From Thermotogota bacterium (GTDB lineage Bacteria; Thermotogota; Thermotogae; UBA12178), in NCBI GenBank assembly GCA_021161835.1, contig JAGGZV010000097.1:4646-68645 (forward strand): 64,000 nucleotides of DNA. The letters are read 5' to 3'. The stretch's first letter is position 1. Each line of letters opens with the position of its first letter. Shown here one piece after another: positions 11,406-20,364 of this stretch. A program made the position numbers and the translations under genes. Below the pieces are notes generated by a model that did not search any database, was not told the origin of the DNA, and was given only the letters and a program-made list of their open reading frames with translations.

Positions 11406-11437
11406 AATTGCGATACCATACAAATGATATCACAATT
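11406..11437. promoter_or_regulatory. 32-bp imperfect palindrome upstream of malE (candidate operator or 5'-UTR hairpin)
   Basis: AATTGCGATACCAT-acaa-ATGATATCACAATT; the arms match 12 of 14 positions. Centred about 40 nt upstream of the malE start codon. Confidence 0.4.
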
Positions 11438-11555
11438 GTTTTTAAACTCGAAAATATTCATCCAAACGCAGTAATCGCTTCAAATTTGAAAGATGTATTC
11501 CAAAAGCTTTATAGATACACAATTAGAAGAATGCATGCAGCTGTCAAACATTTTA

Positions 11556-11564
11556 TGGTAAAAT
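11556..11564 (+). promoter_or_regulatory. candidate extended -10 promoter element for the cysE leader
   Basis: TGgTAAAAT. No convincing -35 hexamer, so confidence is low. Confidence 0.3.
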
Positions 11565-11753
11565 GTGCATGAGGTGATGTAGATGGGGTGCTGTGGAAAA
11601 CTTCGTTGAAGATTATACGTTTTCATAAACTTACTTCCTACACATGTAGATGCATGTGTACCTTCTGATTTTTCTTCATGCGTTCCCCGAAAAGCCTGTT
11701 TTCCCTGGATTCGGTGTTAGGTACTTTTTAGTTTTTCATGGAGGTGAATTGAG

Positions 11754-12365
11754 TTGCGTATAATACGCTTTTTCAAGAATATATTTGGAGATATTATGTC
11801 CACTTTTACTGCGGTTAAACGCGATCTGGAAATGTACGTGATGCTCGACCCTTCCGTGGAAAAGAAATGGGAGGTTCTGGTAGCTTCTGTGGGATTTTAT
11901 GCAATGATGCTGTACAGAATAAGCAATTTGCTGTGGCGCTGGAAACTAAAATTTCTTGCTCTGATCGTCTACGCCGCTTCCAGAATAATAACGGGGGTGG
12001 ACATACATCCCGCCGCACGCATAGAACCCGGTGTGGTCGTGGATCACGGTGTGGGAACGGTCATAGGTTCAACAGCAAGTATTGGATCAGGAACCATAAT
12101 ATATCATGGTGTCACGCTGGGTGCCAGAAGAATCGAAAGCGGGAAGAGACATCCAGATATAGGCCGAAACGTATTCATAGGCTCTGGAGCCAAAGTGCTG
12201 GGCGCTGTCAAAGTGGGAGATGGGGCACGGATAGGCGCGAATGCTGTGGTACTCAATGATGTACCGGCAGGTGCGGTGGCAGTGGGAGTACCCGCTAGAA
12301 TACTGGAAAAGAAACAGGATGATCCCGAACAACTGGAGGTACCTACGTGGATCCATGGGATATGA
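11754..12365 (+). CDS. cysE: serine O-acetyltransferase
   Basis: Left-handed beta-helix hexapeptide region (IHPAARIEPGVVVDHGVGTVIGSTASIGSGTIIYHGVTLG...RHPDIGRNVFIGSGAKVLG...IGANAVVLNDVP). TTG 11754 has GGAGGTGA 7 nt upstream; ATG 11796 is an alternative. Confidence 0.9.
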   Translation: MRIIRFFKNIFGDIMSTFTAVKRDLEMYVMLDPSVEKKWEVLVASVGFYAMMLYRISNLLWRWKLKFLALIVYAASRIITGVDIHPAARIEPGVVVDHGVGTVIGSTASIGSGTIIYHGVTLGARRIESGKRHPDIGRNVFIGSGAKVLGAVKVGDGARIGANAVVLNDVPAGAVAVGVPARILEKKQDDPEQLEVPTWIHGI

Positions 12366-12390
12366 TTTAATAACAGAGGAGGTGCCAACC

Positions 12391-13281
12391 ATGCTGATAG
12401 CAACTCTAGGTAACACCCCCATGTTCACCCTCTCGAAAATTTTCGAACGCGGGAGAGTCTTCGTGAAGCTTGAAAAAAACAATCCTGCCGGTAGTGTCAA
12501 AGATAGACCCGCTTATTTCATGATAATGGATGCTGAACGCAGGGGATTGCTCAACATCCGCAATCGCGTCATAGTTGAACCCACAAGTGGTAACACGGGT
12601 ATTGCACTGGCGATGGTAGGAGCAAGCAGAGGATACGAAGTGATTCTCACCATGCCGGAAACCATGAGCGTTGAAAGAAGAAAAGTTCTGGAAATGCTTG
12701 GTGCGAAAATAGTACTCACGCCCGGTGAAAAAGGCATGAAGGGAGCCGTGGAGAAGGCGAAAGAACTGGTGAAGGAACTGAACGCCTTTATGCCTGATCA
12801 ATTCTCGAATCCGGCCAATGTACTATCACACGAGAAGACCACGGCGCCGGAGATATTACATCAGATGAACTGGGAGCTCGACGCCTTCGTGGCGGGTGTG
12901 GGAACAGGAGGAACGATAACGGGAGTGGGACGGGTCATGAAAAAGTTGTTCGGTGAAAAGGTGAAGATCGTCGCTGTGGAACCAGCCAGATCACCCGTGC
13001 TATCAGGGGGAGAGCCTGGACCCCACAGAATCCAAGGAATAGGTGCCGGTTTCATTCCACCGATACTCGACTTGAGTGTCGTCGATGAAATCGTGACTGT
13101 AGAAGATGAGGAAGCTTTCGAAATGGTGAAATTACTCGCGAAACACGAGGGCTTGTTTGTAGGGATATCCAGTGGTGCGAATATCGCTGCAGCCATCAAA
13201 ATAGCCGAAAAACTCGGACGTGAAGCCAGGGTTGTTACGGTAGCTCCGGACCATGGTGAAAGATACTTAAGCCTTTTCTGA
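12391..13281 (+). CDS. cysK: cysteine synthase A (O-acetylserine sulfhydrylase)
   Basis: PLP-lysine motif NPAGSVKDR, plus TSGNTGIALA and GISSGA. ATG 12391 has GAGGAGGTG upstream. The ORF-track 5' extension (from 12241) overlaps cysE and is not family-like. Confidence 0.92.
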   Translation: MLIATLGNTPMFTLSKIFERGRVFVKLEKNNPAGSVKDRPAYFMIMDAERRGLLNIRNRVIVEPTSGNTGIALAMVGASRGYEVILTMPETMSVERRKVLEMLGAKIVLTPGEKGMKGAVEKAKELVKELNAFMPDQFSNPANVLSHEKTTAPEILHQMNWELDAFVAGVGTGGTITGVGRVMKKLFGEKVKIVAVEPARSPVLSGGEPGPHRIQGIGAGFIPPILDLSVVDEIVTVEDEEAFEMVKLLAKHEGLFVGISSGANIAAAIKIAEKLGREARVVTVAPDHGERYLSLF

Positions 13282-13384
13282 TATAGAGCATGGCATTGTA
13301 ACTTGAACTGGGTAAGAACCGGTGTTATCATTATGGAAAAGATCCACTTCTTTTTTCGTTTTTTAAAATCGGAGGTGTTTGTCT

Positions 13385-14452
13385 GTGTATCCCCGGTTAC
13401 TTGTACATCTTGGCCGAATAGAAGAAAATGCGAGAAGAATCGTAGAATTGGCCCGCAGATTCAATGTAGATCTTGTCGGTATCACGAAGGTGGTTCTGGG
13501 TGACCCAAGGATAGCAAAGGCAATGGTGAAAGCTGGTATAAGAACCTTAGGAGATTCCAGGCTTTTGAACATACGAAGAATGCGTGATAATGGTGTAAAC
13601 GCGCGTTTTCAACTCATAAGATTGCCGATGATAAGTGAACTGGAATTGGTTGTCGAGCTGGTAGATTGCGTTCTGGTATCAGAATTGAGAACCATTGAAG
13701 CCCTCAACGAAGTTCTGAAATCTAAAGGCAGAAAAATGGATATCATCTACATGGTGGACATAGGAGAGCTGAGGGAAGGAGCATGGTACAAAGAAGCGGT
13801 CGAAGAGATAGTGAAAGTTATAAAGTATGAAAACGTGAGACTGATAGGTATCGGAACCAATCTTGGATGTTTGAATGGTGTACTCGCCACTCCCCAGAAC
13901 CTTTCCATACTGCTGGAAATCCGGGATAAGCTTGCCGGACTGGGGGTGGATATACCGCTGATTTCTGCTGGTAACACCTCCACACTGTTTCTGATGGAGA
14001 ACAACACCTTACCCGAGGGTATAAATCAATTCAGAGTGGGAGAAGCCATCGTACTGGGAACGGATGTTACGAGGGACAGAAAGATAGAGATGTTGAGACA
14101 GGATACCATGGAGTTGCAGGCGGAAATACTTGAGTTGAAATCTAAACCTTCGCGGCCTCTTGGAGAGCTCAACAAAGATGCCTTTGGAAGGAAAACTGTT
14201 GTGAAGGACAGAGGTATTCGTAAACGCGCCATTCTTGCACTGGGAGAACAGGATATAATGTACACGGGGCTGTACCCCCTGATGTCAGGGATAGAAGTGA
14301 TCAGGGCGAGCAGTGATCACCTTGTGGTGGATGTCACCGATTCGGAAAAAAACTGGAAAGTAGGAGACATAATTTCATTCCGCGTGAGTTATGGAGCTCT
14401 TCTGCGCTCGATGACTTCCCCATACGTGGAGAAGGTATACATAGATGATTGA
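13385..14452 (+). CDS. PLP-dependent alanine/ornithine/lysine racemase family protein (fold type III)
   Basis: Alanine-racemase-N-like N-terminus with a candidate PLP lysine in DLVGITKVV. About 355 aa, typical of the ornithine/lysine racemase (YhfX-like) branch. GTG 13385 lies 7 nt after GGAGGTG; TTG 13379 is an alternative. Substrate not determinable. Confidence 0.7.
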   Translation: MYPRLLVHLGRIEENARRIVELARRFNVDLVGITKVVLGDPRIAKAMVKAGIRTLGDSRLLNIRRMRDNGVNARFQLIRLPMISELELVVELVDCVLVSELRTIEALNEVLKSKGRKMDIIYMVDIGELREGAWYKEAVEEIVKVIKYENVRLIGIGTNLGCLNGVLATPQNLSILLEIRDKLAGLGVDIPLISAGNTSTLFLMENNTLPEGINQFRVGEAIVLGTDVTRDRKIEMLRQDTMELQAEILELKSKPSRPLGELNKDAFGRKTVVKDRGIRKRAILALGEQDIMYTGLYPLMSGIEVIRASSDHLVVDVTDSEKNWKVGDIISFRVSYGALLRSMTSPYVEKVYIDD

Positions 14453-14463
14453 GGCGAGGAACC

Positions 14464-15231
14464 ATGCAAACGTGTGAATACTGCCTCAAAATTGAAAATT
14501 TAACGGTGGCGTACGGTAAAAGAGTGGCACTGGAGAACATCAACTTACATCTCTCGAAAGGTGAATTCCACGCTGTGGTTGGACCAAACGGTGGGGGAAA
14601 AACCACACTTGTTAAAGCCATACTGGGATTGATCAAACCCCTCAGTGGTAACATAATGATATTCGGGAAACCACAAAAGGAGTATCTCAAAGAGAACACC
14701 ATAGGTTACCTTCCACAAACGCATTCCACGAACATATCCAGAGTCCCCTTGAAAGTTATCGACGTGGTTCTTATGGGATGCATGGGATATCGCGGATTGA
14801 CGGGATACAGAAAAGATGTTATAAAACGTGTGGAAAAAATCATGGATATGCTTGAAGTGCTTGACAGACGTAATAATCTCTTCGACGATCTGAGCGGAGG
14901 TTTGAAACAGAGAGTGTTGATAGCGAGGGCACTGGTATCGAATCCCGAGCTTCTGATAATGGATGAACCAACCGTGGGTTTGGATGTAAAAGCTCAAAAG
15001 GATTTTTACACGTTGATAAAAAAATTGAGAGAACAGTTGAATATAACAATTATCATGGTTAGTCATGATGTGGGGTTTGTTTTTGAATATGCTGATACGG
15101 TGGTGTGTGTGAACAAACGTGTGCACCTTCATACCAAACACAAAGACGAGCTACCGAAAGATTTTTTCAACAGATTGTATGGATATGACGTGAAATTTGT
15201 TGATCACAGGCACGGTGACCCTGATGCTTGA
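14464..15231 (+). CDS. metal (Zn/Mn-type, ABC-3 family) ABC transporter ATP-binding protein
   Basis: Walker A GPNGGGKTT, signature LSGGLKQR, Walker B LLIMDEP. ORF-track TTG 14449 overlaps the racemase stop and is an alternative start. Confidence 0.85.
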   Translation: MQTCEYCLKIENLTVAYGKRVALENINLHLSKGEFHAVVGPNGGGKTTLVKAILGLIKPLSGNIMIFGKPQKEYLKENTIGYLPQTHSTNISRVPLKVIDVVLMGCMGYRGLTGYRKDVIKRVEKIMDMLEVLDRRNNLFDDLSGGLKQRVLIARALVSNPELLIMDEPTVGLDVKAQKDFYTLIKKLREQLNITIIMVSHDVGFVFEYADTVVCVNKRVHLHTKHKDELPKDFFNRLYGYDVKFVDHRHGDPDA

Positions 15232-16018
15232 ACTTTTCAAGTATTCTTTTCTTCAAAGAGCCGTAGTGGTTGGGATGTTTACAGGTTCTGCATTGGCGAT
15301 TCTCGGCATCGTTGTAGTGATGCGCAGAATGGCTTTCTTCGGTAGCGGTCTAGCCCACATAGCGTTCGGTGGAATAGGATTGGCTGTCCTTCTGGGAATT
15401 TCTCCGTTCCCCGTTGCCGTAATCTTTTCCGTGTGTGCAGCGGTGTTTCTGGGTTATCTACGAACACAAAATGTGAGTGAAGATACCAGTATAGGTATTC
15501 TATTCTCACTCTCGATGGCCCTGGGTGTGATTCTGTTATCACTTGGAAAAAAGGGATACGGAGATTTGACATCTTATCTCTTTGGCGATATTTTGGCGAT
15601 TGGAAAATATGAAGCACGGGTCATGATCATAGTCAGCATGATAGGCATGGTGTTCATGTATCTCTTTCATGACCACCTTGCCTATTTCACCATGGATGAA
15701 GACTACACGAAGTTAATGTACCCCAGGATGAAATTCGTATATTTCGTTTATCTCATCCTTCTCGCGGTAATGATTGTACTGGCCCTGAAAATACTGGGAG
15801 TGATACTGGTCTCAGCCCTTTTCATCATACCGGCAGCAGCGGGATTGATCGTGGGCGGAGAATATCACAGAGCGTTCTGGATAGCTCTGGCGTTCGTCAA
15901 CGTTTCCATATTTGCCGGCATCATGTTATCGTATTTTCTGGATATACCTACCGGTCCGGCCATAGTGGTGCTGGAAGGAGGAGGATTTTTCTCCATACTG
16001 TTTTTAAAAAAGAAGTGA
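15224..16018 (+). CDS. metal ABC transporter permease (ABC-3 / ZnuB-like)
   Basis: Eight or nine TM helices with the ABC-3 family pattern (MAFFGSGLAHIAFGGIGLAV, LFGDILAI). ATG 15224 overlaps the stop of the ATPase gene. Confidence 0.85.
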   Translation: MLELFKYSFLQRAVVVGMFTGSALAILGIVVVMRRMAFFGSGLAHIAFGGIGLAVLLGISPFPVAVIFSVCAAVFLGYLRTQNVSEDTSIGILFSLSMALGVILLSLGKKGYGDLTSYLFGDILAIGKYEARVMIIVSMIGMVFMYLFHDHLAYFTMDEDYTKLMYPRMKFVYFVYLILLAVMIVLALKILGVILVSALFIIPAAAGLIVGGEYHRAFWIALAFVNVSIFAGIMLSYFLDIPTGPAIVVLEGGGFFSILFLKKK

Positions 16019-17799
16019 AGATCAAGGGGGTTTTGAAAAGAGTGAAGAAGCTGGATCCCTTGTTGAAAAACTTCCTGAAACGTAACTGGAGCAAGTACCT
16101 TTTGGGGATTCTGGCACTGATAGCGGTAGACTCCCTTCAGCTTGTTCCACCAAGATTACTGGGAATCCTGGTGGACAAGATCAAGGGACTTTCGATCAAT
16201 TTGAACGGTATAATCGTTTACCTTGTCGGTATTCTTCTTGTAGCAGGAGGAATGTTTCTTTGTCGCTTCTTCTGGCGTTATCTCATAAGAGGAACCGCTA
16301 TACGATTCGCACATCACACCAGAATGGAATTGTTCAAAAAACTTCTGGAACTGTCACAATCGTTCTTCGATTTCACCCCATCGGGCGATCTCATGGCAAG
16401 ATTCACGAACGATGTTCGGGCTCTTCAGATGATGACGAGCTCCGCCGTGGTAATGTTGACAGATGCTCTCTTTCTCAGCATTGTAACCTTTACCGCCATG
16501 GGATACCTTGTGAACTGGCGACTCACTTTGATAGCCTGCATACCATTTCCACTGCTAGCCCTGGTTTCGCTGACCTTTGGTAAGCTGATACATGAACGTT
16601 TCATGCAGGTCCAGGAAAGATTTTCCGATTTGACGCGCATAGCCGAAGAAACGGTCAGTGGTATAAGAGTGGTGAAATCCTGCGCAATAGAAGATACGAT
16701 GTTTGGACGATTTTCAAATATCGCAAAAGCCAACATACGTAGCAATATGAATCTTGTGAAAATATGGGGATTACTGTACCCACTGTTTGAACTGATAGGA
16801 GGCAGTGGGGTGGTTATAGCACTGATAATCGGTGGAAAGATGGTGATTTTTGGTACAATAACGTTGGGGGAATTCGTAACTTTCAATGTTTATCTCGGAA
16901 TGCTGATCTGGCCGATGATAGCAATGGGCTGGGTCTTGAATGTTATACAGAGAGGTAGAGCGTCGCTGAAACGTATAAGAAAGATTCTCGATGAAAAGTC
17001 TCTGGTTGCTGAACCCGAGAGTCCCAAAAAGGTGCAGATTCATGGAAACATAGATATTCACAATCTCACATTTGCCTATCCGGGTAACGAACGCATCGTG
17101 TTGAAAAATATCAACATGAAGATTAGAAAAGGATGGTTCGTGGGAATAACAGGTAAAACCGGGAGCGGTAAATCCACACTCATCAAATTGCTGCTGAAGA
17201 TGTACCCGGCTCCCAATGGTACGATATTTCTTGAGGGTGTGGATATAAACGACATACCCGAAGAACATCTTCGCGATTTTGTGAGCTATGTCCCACAGGA
17301 ACCTTTCCTTTTCTCGACAACGATAAAGGAAAACATTCTTTTCTCTGTAGAAGAGAGTTTCGGTGAACAGGTTGAAGAGTACGCAAAACTCGCACAGGTG
17401 CATGAAGACATCACAGGTTTCCCGGATGGATACGATACCGTGGTAGGCGAACGAGGGATCACACTCTCAGGTGGCCAGAAACAAAGGGTGACACTCGCAA
17501 GAGGTTTGATAAAACCTGCTCCTGTTGTTATACTTGACGACTGTCTTTCAGCTGTAGATGTGGACACAGAACAAAGGATAATAGATGAACTCAAGAAAAT
17601 GTTGGGTGAAAGAACGTTGATAGTGATAACACATAGATTGAAGGTGCTGGCAAAGGCGGATATTATCTATGTTTTCGACGATGGAAAAATAGTGGAAAGT
17701 GGATCACACGATCAACTCGTGAGCAAAGACGGATTATACAGAAGAATGTATGAATTGCAATTGAAAGAAGAACAGGTGCTCGAAAAAAGTGGTGATTGA
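16015..17799 (+). CDS. heterodimeric ABC exporter subunit (TMD-NBD), degenerate-site partner
   Basis: Six-TM exporter domain plus an NBD. Walker A GKTGSGKST; canonical signature LSGGQKQR. Walker B VVILDD is followed by D rather than the catalytic E. GTGA overlap with the upstream gene. Confidence 0.9.
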   Translation: MKIKGVLKRVKKLDPLLKNFLKRNWSKYLLGILALIAVDSLQLVPPRLLGILVDKIKGLSINLNGIIVYLVGILLVAGGMFLCRFFWRYLIRGTAIRFAHHTRMELFKKLLELSQSFFDFTPSGDLMARFTNDVRALQMMTSSAVVMLTDALFLSIVTFTAMGYLVNWRLTLIACIPFPLLALVSLTFGKLIHERFMQVQERFSDLTRIAEETVSGIRVVKSCAIEDTMFGRFSNIAKANIRSNMNLVKIWGLLYPLFELIGGSGVVIALIIGGKMVIFGTITLGEFVTFNVYLGMLIWPMIAMGWVLNVIQRGRASLKRIRKILDEKSLVAEPESPKKVQIHGNIDIHNLTFAYPGNERIVLKNINMKIRKGWFVGITGKTGSGKSTLIKLLLKMYPAPNGTIFLEGVDINDIPEEHLRDFVSYVPQEPFLFSTTIKENILFSVEESFGEQVEEYAKLAQVHEDITGFPDGYDTVVGERGITLSGGQKQRVTLARGLIKPAPVVILDDCLSAVDVDTEQRIIDELKKMLGERTLIVITHRLKVLAKADIIYVFDDGKIVESGSHDQLVSKDGLYRRMYELQLKEEQVLEKSGD

Positions 17800-19727
17800 A
17801 AGTGCCGATGAAAAATTCGAACGAGCAAACGGTAACAAGATCAGATTGGCGTATATTCCTGCGCTTATGGCGATATACCAGAAAGTACTGGTATATCCTT
17901 TTGATTGGTACTGTTTTGATGATGCTTTCAGCCGTTTTGGATGTCATGCCACCCAGAATAATTCAGAAAGCTATAGACGATCATATGAACAAAGTACATA
18001 GATTCGAGCGACTCGATGGCAGATGGGTGGAAATAGATAACGGTTCATACAAGCTCGAAAAACAAGGAACACAATACGTACTGAAGGGGAACGATGGAAG
18101 TGTACTGCCTGCACCGCGCGAACTGGTGATGAAGGTCAAATTAAACGACTACAAGATGGTAATTTGGTTGGGGTTGACGATGCTCTTGATACTCACCACC
18201 AGATTCCTTGCCACATATGGTCAGGTGTATGCTATGAACCATCTGGGTCAGAAGGTAGTATACGATATAAGAATGGATCTGTATAAACACATAATGATGC
18301 TTCCCACTTCCTTTTTCGATAAAACCCCATCAGGTAGGGTGGCGACGCGTATAGCCAATGACACTCAGAACCTCACGGAGTTTTTCACAAGTGTTATCAT
18401 CAGTGTGGTGAAGGACATCTTCCTCATAGGAGCAATATTTTTTATGATGTACAAAATGTCACACTATCTCACACTTAGAACCCTTTTCATCATACCAATA
18501 ATCATCGTTGCGAGTCTGATCTTCAGGCATTTCGATAGGAAGGCCTACAGACTTGTGAGAACAAAACTCGCTGCGTTAAATGCTTTCCTGGCGGAAAACA
18601 TTGCGGGTATGAATCTGATACGATGCTTTAACAAAGAATCAAGGAAATTGAAGGAATTTCAAAATGTGAGCAGTGATTTACTGAATGCGCAATTTAAACA
18701 ATTGATGGTCTTTAGTATATTCAGACCTATGATGGATCTGGTGTATTATCTTGTGCTCACGAGTATCATATGGTTTGGTGCGGGAAAGATTTTCGCCGGA
18801 GAGCTGGGGTTCGGTGTGTTGTATGCTTTCGCCTCCTATATAGATATGTTCTTTGCACCAATTAGAGATCTCTCGGAAAAATATGATATACTTCAAAACG
18901 CCTTCGCCTCATCAGAAAAGATCTTCGGATTGATGGATTTGAATGTGGAAGATAGGGGAAAAGGACATGTTCACAACTTGAACAAGGCTAGCGTACGTTT
19001 TGAAAGTGTCTGGTTTGCATACGAGGGCGAAAACTGGGTGTTGAAGGACGTGAGCTTCGAAATAGAAGAGGGAGAAAAAGTTGCCTTTGTTGGTGAAACC
19101 GGTGCCGGTAAATCTTCTATTATAAATCTCATAAACGGTATGTACAGGCCTCAGAAGGGAAAGATATTCATAGGTGATGTACCACTGGAAGAATACGACC
19201 TAGGGAGTTTACGCAGAAAGATAGCTGTGGTTCAACAGGATGTTTTTCTGTTTTCGGGTTCCTTGCTTGACAACATAAAACTTTTCGATGGTAAATTTTC
19301 CAATGAGGAAATCGAAACACTGTCACGTGATCTGTATCTGCACGAGTTCGTCGAGCGGTTACCTGATGGATATTATACGGAGGTACTGGAAAGAGGAAGC
19401 AGATTATCAGCTGGTGAACGGCAGCTCGTAGCCCTGGTGAGAGCGGCACTCCTGAAATCCAGGATCCTTGTTCTTGACGAAGCAACAGCCAACGTTGATG
19501 TTCACACAGAATACTGCATACAACAAGCACTGAAAAAACTGCATGATATGACTCTCATTATCATAGCTCATCGCCTTTCAACTATAAAGTGGGTGGATAG
19601 AATATACGTGGTGCATGCTGGTAGAATTGTGGAAGTTGGATCTCATGACGAATTGATGAGGATGAAGGGGCTTTATTATGAGTTATACAGGGTACAGTAC
19701 GCAGAGGAGGTAAAAAACGATGGGTGA
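17796..19727 (+). CDS. heterodimeric ABC exporter subunit (TMD-NBD), consensus-site partner
   Basis: Walker A GETGAGKSS, Walker B ILVLDEATA (catalytic E present), deviant signature LSAGERQL. Start is ambiguous (TTG 17796, GTG 17802 or ATG 17808). Confidence 0.9.
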   Translation: MKVPMKNSNEQTVTRSDWRIFLRLWRYTRKYWYILLIGTVLMMLSAVLDVMPPRIIQKAIDDHMNKVHRFERLDGRWVEIDNGSYKLEKQGTQYVLKGNDGSVLPAPRELVMKVKLNDYKMVIWLGLTMLLILTTRFLATYGQVYAMNHLGQKVVYDIRMDLYKHIMMLPTSFFDKTPSGRVATRIANDTQNLTEFFTSVIISVVKDIFLIGAIFFMMYKMSHYLTLRTLFIIPIIIVASLIFRHFDRKAYRLVRTKLAALNAFLAENIAGMNLIRCFNKESRKLKEFQNVSSDLLNAQFKQLMVFSIFRPMMDLVYYLVLTSIIWFGAGKIFAGELGFGVLYAFASYIDMFFAPIRDLSEKYDILQNAFASSEKIFGLMDLNVEDRGKGHVHNLNKASVRFESVWFAYEGENWVLKDVSFEIEEGEKVAFVGETGAGKSSIINLINGMYRPQKGKIFIGDVPLEEYDLGSLRRKIAVVQQDVFLFSGSLLDNIKLFDGKFSNEEIETLSRDLYLHEFVERLPDGYYTEVLERGSRLSAGERQLVALVRAALLKSRILVLDEATANVDVHTEYCIQQALKKLHDMTLIIIAHRLSTIKWVDRIYVVHAGRIVEVGSHDELMRMKGLYYELYRVQYAEEVKNDG

Positions 19728-20355
19728 AGAACGAAAGATTCCCAAACCCACCATCAAAAGACTGGCAGTCTACTACAGATGTTTGAGCGAGATGATCTCC
19801 GAAGGAAAGATGTACGTCTCATCCAAAGAACTGGCAAAGAAACTCAAAATTAAATCCAGTCAGGTCAGAAAGGATCTATCGTATTTTGGAGAGTTTGGCA
19901 AAAGAGGAGTGGGATACAACGTACGGTCTCTGGCCACTGAATTACGCAAGATCCTCGGCATAGACAGAAGATGGAGAGTGGTTATAGTAGGAGCAGGTAA
20001 TCTGGGAAGAGCCATAGCAAATTACCCGGGACTTTACAGGAACAGATTCGACGTGGTAGCCATCTTCGATAAGGATCCGTCCAAATTTGGATTGGTCATA
20101 GGTGCAGCCGGTCCCGTTAGACCGATGGAAGAACTCGAAAGCGTGGTCAAAAGTAAGAAAGTAGAAATAGGAGTTATAGCCGTTCCCGCACAGGCTGCAC
20201 AGGACGTGGTTGAACAACTCGTCAAGGCTGGTGTCAAAGGGATAGTGAATTTCGCGCCGGTTACCCTGCATGTGCCCGGTAACGTGATTGTTGAAGATGT
20301 GGATATAACAGTCCTTTTCAAGGCTATAACCTTTCATCTTAGAAAACGACCGTGA
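19720..20355 (+). CDS. rex: redox-sensing transcriptional repressor Rex
   Basis: Winged-helix N-terminus (SSKELAKKLKIKSSQVRKDLSYFGEFGKRGVGY) and Rossmann motif VVIVGAGNLGRAIANY. GAGGAGG lies 9 nt upstream. Overlaps the exporter gene by 8 nt. Confidence 0.9.
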   Translation: MGEERKIPKPTIKRLAVYYRCLSEMISEGKMYVSSKELAKKLKIKSSQVRKDLSYFGEFGKRGVGYNVRSLATELRKILGIDRRWRVVIVGAGNLGRAIANYPGLYRNRFDVVAIFDKDPSKFGLVIGAAGPVRPMEELESVVKSKKVEIGVIAVPAQAAQDVVEQLVKAGVKGIVNFAPVTLHVPGNVIVEDVDITVLFKAITFHLRKRP

Positions 20356-20364
20356 TGATCTGAA

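Noticed and set aside
11406-11437. Rex box interpretation of the malE palindrome and of the 27783-27805 palindrome
   Set aside because: The Rex consensus is TTGTGA-N6-TCACAA. Here the half-sites are separated by 16 and 11 nt respectively and differ in sequence.
12241-12390. 5' extension of the cysK ORF (346-aa version)
   Set aside because: It overlaps the cysE 3' end and the extension is not CysK-like. ATG 12391 has GAGGAGGTG upstream and gives a normal 296-aa CysK.
13303-13503. 66-aa Cys-rich ORF at the cysK/racemase junction
   Set aside because: It overlaps the racemase start region in another frame. The racemase frame has the RBS and family-like sequence, so the Cys pattern is probably chance.
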